A DNA stretch of 64,000 nucleotides, from NCBI GenBank assembly GCA_013239625.1, contig MU054117.1:436001-500000 (forward strand). The letters run 5' to 3'. Positions 1 to 13,849 of the stretch are shown in pieces. Position 1 is the first letter of the stretch, and the number at the start of each line of letters is the position of its first letter. This DNA is from Lama guanicoe. Its lineage: Eukaryota. Both the position numbers and the translations under genes were made by a program. The notes beneath the pieces were generated by a model, which saw only the letters and a list, made by a program, of their open reading frames with translations, ran no database searches and had not been told where the DNA came from.

Positions 1-1726
1 GGATTGAATAAACAGAAATTATCCTTCCCCAGTCACTTCCAGTGACAACAAGGACACCAGGACCGCAGTCACAGCTATTAACCATCACTTAACTGACACA
101 CAAAAGAGATGAGGCAAGTTACAGAACCCCAACCATGACAATCAAAAACGTCCCTAAAAAAACTGGTACATAACCTTGAGCACAGAAATTCCACTCTCAA
201 TTTTTCCCTAAGGAAACAGTTGTGCGCACACACACACACACAAAGGTGCCGTCTCAGCACGTCAGTTTCCATGAGGCTTGGGGGAACCGAGGGGTCCAGC
301 AACAGGGGAGAGGCTAAGCGGGTGACAGCACAGCCAGATCTGACTGCAGCAGCACAAATCTGCAGATGAACCTGAAAAGTGGTATCATGCAATGACACTT
401 TAATGACAGCACATTTTAAAAGTACATGTCTGCATGTATATAACAGACCTATACAGGTTCAAAATAATGGATTATAATTTTTCTGCTTCTTTCAACTTTC
501 CAAAATTTTTACAATTGACTTTTTCTGAGAAAAGGCACTGTTTCAAATTTTAACATTTAGTTGAGTTTGCTCTTTGATAAAAATAAAATCAGAACCAGGG
601 TGCCAGTGTTCTGAACGTTACTACATAAGTGGAAAGAGATGTTATACATTAGGAACTACTTGGTCCAAGTCTTCAGTTCTGGGTATCTTGTCTTCAAAAT
701 AGAACATTTCCAAATCTATCTAACCTGACAACTGCTTTCAGTAAAACCCAGCCTTCACATCTTCCGGCCATGACATCACATTCTTGTACTCAGGGGAGGC
801 CCAGATGGTCTTTCACACTGGACGGGACAGCAGGAACTGATGGACTCGTTCCAAAGTGCTAAGCCACCATCTGCAGCCTTCTGTTAATCCGCTCCATCTC
901 ATCTGTCCTGTTCCCAGTTCTTTTTATATACCCATTGCACAAGCACAAGTAATCAAGATTTGCCCTTCAGGAGTCTCTTCCCATAAGGCACACAAAAATA
1001 CAATATTAAATAAATTCTCAAATAAAGCAATGCCTTCACATTATTCTCCTAATCCAGAAACATTACTGTGCTTAGTGTTAGAAGCTATGGAAGGTACTAA
1101 AAAGAGTACAATACAGTCCCAATTACTAAGAACTTAGGAGCCCAACGAGCAAAACAGAACTCATCAATGTGAAACAATGAGAAAACAACTAACTGCGAGA
1201 CGAGGCTCTCGTCCTCAGTCCCAGGAGAACCCCCTGCCTGACTGTGTGACCCTGGGCAAAGTCCTCATCCGCAGCACTGCGTCCACCTCCGCCATTCCCA
1301 GCGCCTTTCTAGCTCTTCCCCTCCACAGCTCTAGAAACAACTGACCAGAGGACAGAAGGGTAAATGGGGGCTTCTGGAACGCGCTACAGACCACCTGTGA
1401 GTGGACAGCAACTGAGATTAAAAACCAAGTGAATCTGGCAAGGGAAAAAATCTCCAATCAGTAAGAAGCCTGTTCTTATTACACAAGCAGGGTGAGCTGA
1501 AAGCAAATGAAGGGAAAGTATACCCTTCTTTTCTCCATTAAAGATCCTGCAAGAGGGCTATGCAAACAAATCTATTGCCAGCAGAAGAGACAGTGATGTA
1601 GAAAAATAAAAATATTTGGTCTAATATTTACTGAGTGTCTACCATGTGTGAAGTAGCTCTTTACTAGGCAGCTAAGAACCCAAATATGTATTAAACAGCC
1701 CCTGATTTGGGGAAGTTTACTTTATT

Positions 1727-2380
1727 TCATTCATTCATTCAGCAAATACTTCTTGAGCACCTACCACATACAAAGACACAGGTACATGTTCCAGGTACTG
1801 GGGATCAAGAGTGAACAAGACAGATAAGACACCTGCTCAAAGAAAAAGTTTTGAGAGACAGACAGTATAAACAAAAAAGATACATACAGAAAGAGAAAAC
1901 CAACCAGAGTAGTGTGACAGACAGTGACAGAGTTGCGAAGGAAGGTGGGGCTACTGCTCTAAATCGAGGGACCACTAACAATGGGATGTAAACAACTGTG
2001 GAAGCTCAGTAATGGGAATTCACTGCAGTCTTTACCCTGCAACATTCATTTTGAATTTCTAAAACAAGCCATAGATAGGATGGTCAGGGACGGTTTCACT
2101 GAGATGACATCTGAACTGAGATTTGAAAGCTAGTAACAAGGCATGGTTCCCCCAGGCCTTCCAGACAGAGGCAACAGCTGGTGCAAAGGCCTTAAGGAGC
2201 CTGGAGCCTCTGTGAGGAAAAAAAGGCTCACATGGCTACAGCAAGAGCAAGGGAGGGAATGGCACAAGCCAGGCCATGAAAGCAGGAAGGTTTGGGGGGG
2301 ACCCTACTACACAATGGTAAGGAATTCAGAATTTATTCTAAACGCAAAAAGCCATTGGAGGGTTTTAAGCAGGAATGAGA
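1727..2380 (-). mobile_element. L2 LINE 3' fragments
   Basis: tcattcattcattcagcaaatacttcttgagcacctac (reverse of the L2 3' end), followed by typical L2 segments such as gagatgacatctgaactgagatttgaa and gccattggagggttttaagcagg. Confidence 0.75.
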
Positions 2381-2894
2381 ATGCAGGAATATACTTGGTT
2401 TTTATATTTTGTTTTTGTTAATTACAAAATAAGTCAGATGCTAAATTAGGTAACCCCAAATTCAATTTATGTCTAGTAACAGGATGAATTTGTATTTTGC
2501 AGGTATCTTTACCTCCCTAATCATTTTATTTGAGCTGAAAACTTAAATTAGTTTCTAATTCCAAACACATCAACCCAAGGACGTTTAACTCAATATCTGG
2601 GAAGGTGGCTCAGAAGCATCCTGAGTGAGAAAGATTGTTACACCTCCAACAAGCATTCTGAGCAAACAGAATGTGGGCTAGAATTTCAGACTTTTTTTTA
2701 ATCTCATTTAAAGCAGAATAATACTTGGCTCCTGGGACAGGAGCCACATAAATAAAGGGAAAACTGGGGCTTAGGTCAGATGAATGATTCACCCCAACCA
2801 GACAGCAGAAGAACAGAGAACCAGATGTCAAGTCCACTCTGTTGACATCCAGTCCAGTGTTCTTTCCAAAGTACCACAAAAAAAGCCAAGATAA

Positions 2895-3125
2895 AAATAA
2901 TTCAGAATCCACAGAGACAGAGGCTGACTAGCAGCTGCCAGAGCTGGGGCACAAGACGGAGAGTGACCGTCCTGTGACGTCTCCTTCTGGGGTGACAAAA
3001 TGCCCTGAAACTGCACAAAGATGGCAGCTGCACAACATACTGAATTTACTAAATGCCATCAAATTGCACACTTTAAAATGGTTAATGTTTACTTCACACT
3101 ATGTAAATTTTACCTCAATTTTTTT
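2895..3125 (+). mobile_element. L1MB-type LINE 3' end
   Basis: gcacaacatactgaatttactaaatgccatcaaattgcacactttaaaatggttaat...tatgtaaattttacctcaat is a typical old L1 3' terminus. Confidence 0.8.
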
Positions 3126-3264
3126 TAAATGAGGCTGAAAAGAATTAAAAGTAACACTGGTTTGGAGGTGATCACCAGCAGCCAATACTGGGGTTATGCG
3201 AGTCACTAAGGTAGAATTCTGGAGATTCATGTCCTAATCAAAACTCAGAAAAAGCATAATTAAA

Positions 3265-3469
3265 CCAGGGTTTCTTAAGCACAGCAGTATTGACATTTTG
3301 AGCCAGAGAACTGTTTTGTCCAGGGGATTGTAGGATATCTAGCAATTTCCCTGGCCTCTACCCACTGGATACTAGCAGCCCCCTTGACCCAAGCTGAGTC
3401 CACCAAAAACGTCTCCAGACACTGCCAATGTCCTCTGGGGGGCACATCACGCTCTGCTGAGAACAGCTG
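3265..3469 (-). mobile_element. MER20 (hAT-Charlie non-autonomous DNA transposon)
   Basis: cagggtttctt...attgacattttgagccag...ccctggcctctacccactggatactagcagc...tctccagacactgccaatgtcctctggggg...gagaacagctg matches the recalled MER20 consensus. Confidence 0.85.
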
Positions 3470-4214
3470 TTAGACAAGCTCTAACTTTTCTGTATCTTAA
3501 CTCCTCAGCTACCAGATGCCCATCCCCTAACCCATGGTCTCTTACACTTCTGAAATCTGAGCCCACGCTGTGTTCACCGCCAGTGATTTACAGCCCAGCA
3601 CGGCCTTCTCCTTCACCAGCCCTGCTCACGTCTCACCAGGCCGCTGCACGGATGTGATGAAATACCCACGGAAATGCGCTTACAGTGAAATCTCCTCAAG
3701 ACAGGAAAACTGGCTATCCACAGGTGCTGCTACAGAAGCTTCTCCACTGAGACTCCAGAAACAGTGAACAAAGGAATGTTCGTGTCGTCAGAACACTGCA
3801 GTTTCTGAGACTGTATTTTTTTAAGATGCCTCTTATTTAGGGTACTTCTCCTGAAGTTGACTGAAACATCTACTTTCCCTCAGAGTTTTTAAGGAGTCTA
3901 GGCTCCTCTATTTTCACACAAAAATACCCCAGGCGTACAGGGCAATAAAAGGTTAATTTAGTTAATTCTGTGTGAGCTCAAAGAATTACAAGCAACTTCA
4001 TTTAATTATTAAGTAGCCAACTGGGTAATCTCTGTGGCTGGCTAGTGTACTAATGAAATAGTGTCTCCCAGTTCTGAGATGTCATTCCAACCAGGAGAAT
4101 GCTCTTCAGCTAGCAGAAAGAGATGGCAGGATTTACACGGACTCATGCTATGAATCTGGGGACAGGGAAATGAATCCATTTCATATTTCACCCTTTTTGT
4201 GTTAAAAGATATAA

Positions 4215-6640
4215 AAGTTACTGAATTGACATTTATAGAACACCCCAGCCAACAACAGCAGAATACACATTCTTTTCAAGTACACACAGCACGTTCAGCA
4301 ACAGAGACCACATTCTGGGTCATAAAACAAGTCTCAACAAATTTTAAAGGATATAAGTCATATAAAGTATTCTGTCCGACCAAAGTGGAATTAAATTGGA
4401 AATCAGTAATAGAAAGCTCTCTGAGAAATTCCCAAGTATCTGAAACTAAATTAACATACTTAGAAATAACGCACAGGTTTAGGAAGAAGACGAAGAACTA
4501 GGATGTCCGCTCTGGCTCTGGCTACTTCTATTTGACATTTTATGGGAAGTTCCAGACAGCGCAATAAGGCAAGAAAAGTAAGAGGCCCCCAGATCACAAA
4601 GAAAGAAGCAATCCTGTCTTATTCACAGATGACGTTATCATCCACCGATGATGAGAATTCAGTGGAATCTACAAAAAAGCTGCTAAAAGAAGTAAGTTTA
4701 GGAAAGTTGTAAGATCAATATGCACAACTCAATGGTATTTCTATAAACTAGCAAAGAACAACTGGTACTTTAAAAAATGTACAACAGCATAAAAAAACAT
4801 AAAATGCTTCAGGATAACTCTGATAAAAGGTAGGACCTAAACTGAAAAATATAAAAATTTTATTTAAGAAATTAAAGAAAATCTAAACTAACAGAGAGAT
4901 AAGCCATTGTCATGGTTCACAAGACTAAATACTACTAAAAGGTCAATTATCCACAAAGTGTTCTATGTATTCAATACAATCCTAACAAAAACCTCGGCAT
5001 AGTTCTAAAATTCATATGGAAATGCGAAGGATATAAAATAGCCAAAACAGAAAATGAACAACAGAGCAAACATTACTAACATTTAATTTAATTTTAAGAT
5101 CTATTACAAAAGTACAGTAATCAAAGACCGTGTGATACAGCCCTAAAAACAAACTGAGTAATAAAACAGAATGAGTCCAGAAATGAGCCTACACATACCG
5201 AGTCAATAACAAAAATACAAAGGCAACTCAGTGAATAAAGGATGGCCTTTTCAGTAAGTGGTACTGGAACAAATGCAAAAAATAACAAAAATTTGATTAA
5301 TGCCTCACACCGTAAGCAAAACCAACTCAAAATGGATCATAGGCCTAAATATAAAATCTCAAACAATAAAACTTCTAAAAGAAAACGTAAGAGGAAATCT
5401 TTGTGACCCTGAGTGAGGAAAATTTCTTAGATATGATAATAATAAAAGCACAACCATTAAAGAATAAGTTGGTAAATTCATCAAAATTTTCTGCTTTGGA
5501 AAAGACAACCCACAGACTGAGAAAATATATGTAAAATAATATTTCTGATAAAGGACTTGTACCCAGAATACACATATTTAATAGACAAACTAAATTTTTC
5601 AAATGAGCAAAAGATCTTAACAGAAATTTCATCGAAGGTATGTACATCACTAACAAAAACATGAAAAGGTGCTGACCATCATTAGCACTAGGGAGATACA
5701 AATCAAAACCACAATGAGATGCCACTCCACACCTACCAGAATATCACAATCACAAAGACAATGAGTACTAATGATAATGTGGAGAAACCAGAATTCTTAA
5801 ATGTTGCTGCTGAAAATATAAATTAGTACAGCCACTTTGATAAGTAAGTTTGGCAGTTTATTACAAAGTTAAACACAACTCCAATCCCACTTGTCCACAC
5901 AAACACCCATAAGCAAATACACACAGCTATTATTCATAACAGCTAGAGTAGAAAAAATTCAAATGTCCACCATCTCATGAAAGGATAAACAAAAAACAGT
6001 AAGTATAACCATACAGCAGAACACATTCGGTCAGATAGTACCCAAGAACAAATGAAGACATGCCTAACAGACACACGCTAACCCAAAAGAACGCCCAGTG
6101 GTCAAAGCTGGAACAACTTAGCAACAAAATAAAGACAGCATGAGATCCAACCTGACAGCATAAAATGAGTATCCCCGAGTCTGCTGATGACAGTAACAGA
6201 CCAAGGACACATGATAACTAAGTGTAAAGTGGTATGCGGGGCTGAAACCTTCATCGGACAAAGACGTGGAGGGAAACTGTTGGTATTCGAATAAAGTCTG
6301 AGTTTAGTCAACAGCACTGTACCAAAGTTAATGTCTTAGTTTTGACAAGTGTACCACGGCTTTGTAAGCTTAAACATGGGCCAAATCCAACTTGCCATCT
6401 GTTTTTATAGATAAAGTTTTATTGGAACACAGCCACTTCCATTCACGTATTTACTCACCGGCAGATTTTTGCTTTACACGGGCAGAACTGAGCAGGTCTA
6501 AGAAAAACCACTTGTTCACAAAGCCTAATTTACTGTCTGGCCCTTTACAGAAAAGCTTGCTGACCACTAATACATATGAACTGTCTGTACTTGTCACTAT
6601 GACGTTTCTGTAGATCAAAAATAATTTAAAATAAAAAGAT
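4215..6640 (+). mobile_element. Decayed L1 (ORF2 endonuclease and RT remnants, plus L1MC-like 3'UTR), interrupted by MER58A
   Basis: acagcagaatacacattcttttcaagtacacac...gaccacattctgggtcataaaacaagtctcaacaaattt marks the end of the EN domain. ttattcacagatgac at about 4620 is the LFADD-like RT motif. Many stops, frameshifts and deletions. Confidence 0.9.
6376..6570. mobile_element. MER58A-like DNA transposon
   Basis: gggccaaatcc...ctgtttttatagataaagttttattggaacacagccac...tactgtctggccctttacagaaaagcttgctgacc. Confidence 0.85.
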
Positions 6641-6644
6641 TTTT

Positions 6645-7190
6645 TTAAGTTTAATGTCCACCTACCATATTATCCAGCCACTCTAATTCTAGGTCTTCAT
6701 CCAAGAGAAATGAAAGCTTATGTCCAAAGGATGTACACAAATATTCATCGATAGGTGATCTGGACAAACAAATCATGGTACACCCTTAAAGGGGAAAGTA
6801 CTTGGCAATGAAAAGAAATTAACTGCTCACACGTGACACAGTGCGGATGAGTCTCAAGCTAAAATTATGCTGAGTGGACAAAGCACAGCCCTCCCCGCCA
6901 CTCTGACAAAAAAAAAAAAGGAGTCCATACTGTGATTCCATTTCTATGAAATTCTGAGGAATGCAAACTATGTACAGTGACAGAAAGCAGATCTGGTGCT
7001 GCCTGGGAAAGGAGGTGGGGAGGGACAAGAGGCGAGGGTCACAGAGGGGAGACTCTTGGGCGTCATGGGCATGGACACTTTCTATGTGGTAGTGACATAC
7101 AAGTATGAACACGTCAGAACTGATCAGACTATACATACATGTAGTTTATTTTATGTCAATTATACCTCAATGATGCTGTTTTTAAAAATA
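6645..7190 (+). mobile_element. L1ME/L1MB-type 3' region
   Basis: ccaagagaaatgaaagcttatgtcc...catactgtgattccatttctatgaaattct...tatgtcaattatacctcaat. Confidence 0.8.
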
Positions 7191-8919
7191 TTATCAAATT
7201 GATAAAACACTCTTCTCCTCTCCCAATATCAAGCAGTGGTGTAGAGAAACGGACTAACCGATCAACACAACCTCTTCAGCTGCCGGTGTCTGCCATCTAC
7301 CCCTTCCTCTCCCCAGAACACTTTTTCTCTGGGGAAGAAGAGATTCCAAATCACAGCCAAGGAGGGTCCTGCAAGGACAAGGCTCTCCTGGGGCCCTGCC
7401 CACAAACTACAAAGGCAGATTAGCCTACAATTACCAGATGAGCAGCCAGTACTCAGAGAACACCACGCCCTCTCCCCTAGCCTCTCTCCTGTCTCCTGCC
7501 CTCTCAGGCTCGGGGTCCATCCTTCTGCTTCCAAACCTGGGAGAAAAACGCAGATGGCAGCCAGCACAGGAGTCAGAATGCAGCCCCTCTTTAAGACAAG
7601 AATTTCAAAATGAGGTGACCCGCAAGGAAAAGGACACTCCAAAGGGCCTCCCAGAAGATGGAACGGAAGAAGGCCTGGGAGGTGGTGATCTCCGGCTTCT
7701 CCAACCCTCTTCAGCCCCACAATCGCCTTCAACATTCAGTTCCTATCTGCCTTACCATCCACCGGAGAACACCACTACTCGCCCACTCCAGCACACCTCA
7801 GTGGTCACCTGGCATTGAGCTCTCCACTTCCCACGTACCTTTCTGGTTTTTATACTACAAACCCCTTTTCCTCAGTCACTTAACCCGAGTTTGGCATAAA
7901 AATTGACGGTAATCCTAAAGATTACATTGAAACTACATTCAAGGGGAAAGATGTGGATTTTTCAACTTCAAATAATATATTTTTAAGAAAAATATGTAAA
8001 TAAAACACGTACAAACTAAACATTTTCAGATACTTTGGACATACTAAAATGTGTTTATTTTAGACATCATCCCTGCAGAAACAAAGAAGGAGACATTGTC
8101 AATGGCCTCAGGAAGTTTACAGGAAAATGAGGAAGCAAAGACAAATGTGGAAGCTAAATCTGAATTTTAGATTTTTTAAAAAGTAATACTGTTTTAGAAC
8201 TTACTATATCTCCAAATAGTCATGTTAACTTGAGTATTACAATAAGACTAACGATGAAACTGCAATCACCATATCAGCATCAGCATGCCAGCATTAAGCT
8301 GGAAGACACGCTGAAAAAAAATCTCTCTAGAATCTTAAGATTTCCAGACAAAATTCATAGGATGAAATTATACTAAAATATATTTACTTTAGTAGAGTCC
8401 ACAATTTTCCATTCATAGTATACTCATTCCTGAGTGTACTTACGCTGACCCTCTCACCCCAATCACCATTCCTCCTGCACCAACCAAACCTCAAGCATCT
8501 TCCCACCGCCAAGACCCGGGACTCAGACCCAGAAAACGCAAGAGCTGGAAGACAACATCCCTCGCCTCAAGATAAGAAAACTGAGGTCCAGAGAATGAGA
8601 GAGAGCGGCCACGGCCCCAAGGCTAACCCTGGAGCAAGGGCCAGGCCAGGCCCTGGGCTGTCACCCCCGTTTCACGAGCTCTTCACGCTTCCGCCCCTGC
8701 TCAGCTGGACTGGCTCAGATCGCGGGGCCCAGCGCTTCCCAAGCTCTAGTGTGCACGGGAGTTGCCTGGAAATTTCATTTAAATTCAGAGTCAACGGTGG
8801 TAGACCCAGGGTGAGGCCTGAGAGTCTGCACTTCTACCGAGCTCCCGCGTGACGCTGAAGCTGCTGGTCCGAGGCCCACAGTGGAAGGGGAGGGTATACA
8901 GCACGATTCAGTTCTAGCC

Positions 8920-9290
8920 AATTCAGACTTACTACTTACTGTGCAATTTACGACTCCCAACTCTGCAGTACATCTCCCTACATCTCAGTTTTCTCATAAA
9001 AATACTGTTTTGTAAGGACCAATTGATATAATTCACATATTAATTCATAATTATTAGCACATACTGAATGTCTGGTGAGTAATAACGGCTAATTTGAATA
9101 CTATTTTAAGTTGGCACTATTCAAGTGTTTTACACGTTTTAAGGCATTTAATTGTCACACTAACACAATGGATAGATACTATTATCCCCATTCTTAAAGA
9201 TGAGAAAACTGGTAGTGAGAGCAGGTAAGCAGCCTGCGCAATGGCACACAGGTACTAAGTATGGCAACAGAAACAGAGCCCGTCTGGCCC
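8920..9290. mobile_element. Two MIR SINEs tail to tail (+ about 8920-9080, - about 9085-9290)
   Basis: MIR cores catctcagttttctcat and attatccccattcttaaagatgagaaaactg in opposite orientations. Confidence 0.65.
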
Positions 9291-9544
9291 TGTATTCTCG
9301 GCCACCTCACTCTCAACAGACGTTAACAGTTACTTTCCCCCTGGACTCCAAAACCCCGCTCACAACTCCCACCCCACATCCCCAACTTTAAGGTCACATG
9401 GAAGCCAACCCCGACGTGCCCCATACTCACTACCTTCACCCCAGACCCAAGCCTTGTCTCCAGAGAGAGTAACAACACCCAAGCAGTCCTCAAGCCAGAA
9501 TCCCAGGACCCACGGCAGATGGTGACGCTTCACCTGCCAGACCC

Positions 9545-10170
9545 AGCACTCCTCTCATTACAATACAGATTTTTAACAGCCCCCTTTGCTATCCTGATGT
9601 AAAATCCATAGATAATGAAACCTTCCTACATCCATAAATATAAACGTAATTGATTTATTACAACTGTAATCAAAAGGAGACATAAAATGAAATATGTAAT
9701 GAAATACATTTCAAAATGTAAATGCACAAGCATGGAGCCACTAGAAGGTGTAACATTCATTTATCAAACACAGAACCCACAGTAAGAACACAGACGGACA
9801 CACTGCAGTGTTAGCAATTCAGATACGACCAGTGACAAGTAAGATACAATACAGGATTTTCCAAACTGGTGAAAAATTCTTAGCAATGTTTCAAACAAAA
9901 CAGTACAATCTCTTGATTTACAGAACAGTCACATTCCTAAAAATTCTGGTCTCTGTTAAAACACTGCAAAAATTACTTTGTGTTTATATGTAAAATGAAG
10001 TTCTGGGAGTGAACCCTTCCTTGTGGGGACTGTCCTGAGTCCTGTGTGACATCTGGCATGCTGCTCCCACCCAGGAAATGCTAGTACCGACTTCAATTTC
10101 TGTGACCAAAAACACCTCCGCAAATCCCAGGCCACTCCCTGGGGACAACACAGCCCTGTGGATGGAACGG
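9545..10170. mobile_element. MER20B-like DNA transposon
   Basis: ctatcctgatgtaaaatccatagataat...aaaacagtacaatct...tactttgtgtttatatgtaaaatgaagtt...gggactgtcctg...gtgaccaaaaacacc matches the recalled MER20B layout. Confidence 0.7.
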
Positions 10171-11084
10171 GACCACCATGCTAGACTATTACAGCCACCG
10201 CTCAAACCACGACCTGTGAACCGCCTCTCACTCTGGACGGCAGCCTGCACCCAGGCCGTCAGCTCACCTGGATGCGGCCACAGCCCTCCAGCGCCAGCCT
10301 GCTCCTTCTACACTCAGAGTGAACTGGAGTGAACTTCCTACTGTGCAAAGACTGCTTATCCACTCCATCAACAAGCATTTGCTGCACAGATCATGTGCCA
10401 GGCCTGCTCTAAACACCAACTCACCCATGCCCTGCTCAGACTGTAACAGCTCATCACCCACAGCCATTTTCAAACAGTGCTCACTTTTATTTGCTTCACA
10501 CATTGAGTTTCTGCATAAGATTTCCTTTTAACAAAGTGATTCGCAGCTTTCAAAGTTTGAAAACCCCAACCTTCAGGATAAAATCTAAATCAAACAGTCT
10601 TCCTATGTGACCATCATCTCAGCACCACAGAGCCTCATCCCCTGCCACTCCCATCCACCTCGCAAAGATAGTCCGCCAACACCAATATTCACGGCTCTCT
10701 CCAGCCCACTCTCTCCTCCATGAGGGCTGTTACCCCTGCCAAGGGACGCTGTCTCTCCACCTAACCACCTGCTGATGATTCCGAACCCAGCCTTCCAGGT
10801 GCTCTGGTGAAGCTGTGACATCTTCCCAATTCCCTTAGACAGACTCAGCTGTTAGCTTTTTTTTTTTTTTAAGCTATTCGCTGCTGCTGTATTTCGCAAG
10901 CTTCCATTTTAGTAAATGTCTCACTGTACTGCAACGGTCTGTTTGCACGTGTGTCTCCATAACACCTCCGTCCCTCTCCTGAACGTTGTGGGCACTGGCT
11001 GCGTCTTCTGCCTCACTTTCTGGCACCTGTCAGTACAGAGCTATCCCCTCAGGGGTAAGGTGACTGGATGGCATTAGGAGGCTT

Positions 11085-12640
11085 CTCCTCTCAACCAAAA
11101 CGTCTCCTTAACCAAGTGATCAAAGCGAGCATCGCTAACAGTAAACTGCTTGAAATTACGCAGCTTTTGATGTGAAACAGTAAGCACCCAACAACACGCT
11201 TGAAGTAATATTACCGAAAATGTTCCACTTGATTCTACTTTGAAAAAAATGTTTTAAATTTTAGTATAGCTAATTTATAATGTGTTAGTTTCAGGTACAC
11301 AGCAAAACCATTCAATTTATACATATATATTTTTTTTTTCAGATTCTTTTCCATTATAGGTTATTACAAGATACTGAATACAGCTCCCTGCACTATACAG
11401 CAGGACCTTGTTGTTTATCTATTTTATATACAGTAGTGTGTATATATGTTAATCCCAAACTCCTAATTTATCTCCCCACCATCTTCCCCTTTGGTAACCA
11501 TAAATTTGTTTTCTGTCTGTGAGCCTATCTCTGGTCTGTAAATCAGTTCATTTGTATAATTTTTTTTTTAGATTCCACGTGTAAGTGATATATGATATTT
11601 GTCTTTCTCTATCTGACTTCACTTAGTATATTAATCTCTACGTTCATCCATGTTGCTGCAAATGGCATTATTTGATTCTATTTCATGACTGAGTAGTGTT
11701 CTATTTGTGTGTGTGTGTGTGTGTGCACGCGCACGCCTATACCGCATCTTCTTTAACCAATCATCTGTTGATGGACATTTAAGTTGCTTCCATGCTATTG
11801 TAAGCAGTGCTGCTATGAACATTGGGGTGCATATATCTTTTTGAATTAGCATTTTCTATGGATAAATGCCCAGGAGTGGGACTGCTAGATCATATGGTAA
11901 GTCTATTTTTAGTTTTTTAAGGAACTTCCATATTGTTCTCCACAGGGGCTGCACCAATTTACATTCCCACCAACAGTGTAGGAGGATTCCTTTTTCTCCA
12001 CACCCTCTCCAGCATTTATTATTTGTAACTTGATTCTACTCGAGTTAACAACCAGAAAAATCCAAAACATGAAATACCAGAAGATAACTGGCCCAGACTT
12101 TTCAAATTGTTATAAAAAGCAAAAAGTCAAGGGGACTACTCCAGATGGAAAGAAATTAAATAACATCCAGGTACAAAGCAGGAAACCTTTATCAGATCCT
12201 TGGTCAAAGCAGAACCAACGATGAGAGGTATTTCTGTGATGGGGGAAGAGCGAAGAACTATATATTAGATTAGATAGTATTATGAATATTACGAGTAAAT
12301 ATTAAGTAATATTATGAAACTGTTTTTAATTTTCCTTAGAAGTATTAATGGTATTGTGGTTGCATAGGAGAATTCCTAAAAATAAGAACAATGTAAGCTG
12401 AAGTATCTAAGAGTGCAATGTCATGTATGCATGACAAAAAATGATTCAGTTAAGGAAAAATAGTTCATATATGAGTGTGTATACACACATGCGCACGCGC
12501 ACACACACACACAGTGAAGAAACAAATGTGGCAAAATGGTAACAACTGTTAGTCCTAAATGAGGAGCACGTGGGTGCTCCCTGTACCATTCTTTCAAATT
12601 TTCTATATGCCTGCACTGAAATAAAAACTAAATTTTTTAA
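11085..12640 (+). mobile_element. Old L1MC/L1ME 3' region split by the younger L1
   Basis: cttaaccaagtgatcaaag lies before the insertion; gataactggcccagacttttcaaa...aacaaatgtggcaaaatggtaacaactg...gaaataaaaa follows it. Confidence 0.65.
11240..12027 (-). mobile_element. 5'-truncated, younger L1 (ORF2 C-terminus plus 3'UTR) with a perfect 13-bp TSD
   Basis: Encodes IQKDICTPMFIAALLTIAWKQLKCPSTDDWLKKM (L1 ORF2 C-terminus). Flanked by acttgattctact at 11227-11239 and 12028-12040. Internal (TG)10 at 11706-11725. Confidence 0.93.
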
Positions 12641-13184
12641 AAAATTGATATAATCAAATGATTTGTCTACGCAACGTCAAAATAACAGATATATTAGTTC
12701 CTCTTCTCTACTGAACAGACTTTTTGATATAATTCAGGAACTTTCTAACCTAAATGACTTGACGTGAAGTGTTTAATCTGCACACTGAAAAGGACCAGAG
12801 CTACACAATGAAGTGCAGGCAAGGCACCACGAGGCCAAGGAGGCCCACAGCCTGCACTCTCTGTACCTTGCACTCAGCACTCCAAGGCTGCAAGACCTCT
12901 GCTTCTTATGTTTGTCGGCTTCACGTTCCTACTTCGCTATCACATCCTGGTTGTGTACAACCGTTCACGCAGTGGCAAGAAAGCAGCATGTCAACAACCT
13001 GGACAGTCAGTCAGAAGAACTAGTCCGTTCGTCCAATGCTGCCATTAACTAACCAAGTAACTCTGGGCAAGATACGTCGTCCACGTTTTCAAGTCTGCAT
13101 CACTCAGTTGAGGGATGACCACCAAAGTACTTTCCAGCTCTGAGATCTTGGATTCAGTCTTACTTTCTTAACTGAATTACTTTC

Positions 13185-13445
13185 TTAGTTAAGTTTTCAT
13201 GAACTATAGATTCATACGCAGTTCTGAGAAATAATACAGAGAAACTCGTATACTTTGCTCAGTTTTCTCCGATGCTAACAGTTTCTAAAACTTATGAAAT
13301 ACCCTAAGATAACTGTCTCGCTCTTCTTAATATTAATATTAGTAATGTTACAGCTGGGATACTGTACTGACATGGATACCATCCACTGATCTTACCCAGA
13401 TTTCCCCAGTTTTACTTGTAGTAATTTGCATATGAACGTGCAGTC
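13185..13445 (-). mobile_element. L1MC-type 3' end fragment
   Basis: tatagattcatacgcagttctgagaaataatacagaga...ttacccagatttccccagttttacttgta. Confidence 0.7.
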
Positions 13446-13849
13446 ACAACTTTTTATCTCAATCTATAAGATGAGCCATTAAGTACTTGAGGAATCAAAT
13501 GTAAAATAAGCAAAAAACTGATTGTTCGCTTTTTAAATTATCTTGTACCTACTATTTCAATAATCTACACTTTATTTTCATCATCAAATTCCAGTTGGGA
13601 TCTCAGAGCAAATGGATGCAAATCTAACACACTTAACACCGCTGCTTCTGCAGCACAACTGCAGCCAACTTGTCAGGAAAACCCCCTTTCATCAACCTAA
13701 AAGGATGACTTGTCTTTTCCAACACCGAGTGACTCTTCATGCTCCAGAACTGAGCTGGAGAAAGAAATCAGGCTGTCCTAGACAAAAGGGTTCCATGCAA
13801 ATAAGAGAAATACCACTCAGTTCTTTGAGAGTAAATGAACAGCAATAAA

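Noticed and set aside
4199..5725. ORFs with L1-like peptides
   Set aside because: Fragments of a dead L1 with many stops and deletions; not a gene.
8886..8897. ggggagggtata, identical to the Vic-1 5' end
   Set aside because: Only 12 nt, with no A/B box or tail; probably chance.
12476..12513. Alternating purine-pyrimidine tracts (also 227-242, 11706-11735, 46437-46460)
   Set aside because: Ordinary short CA/TG microsatellites, mostly inside L1 remnants.
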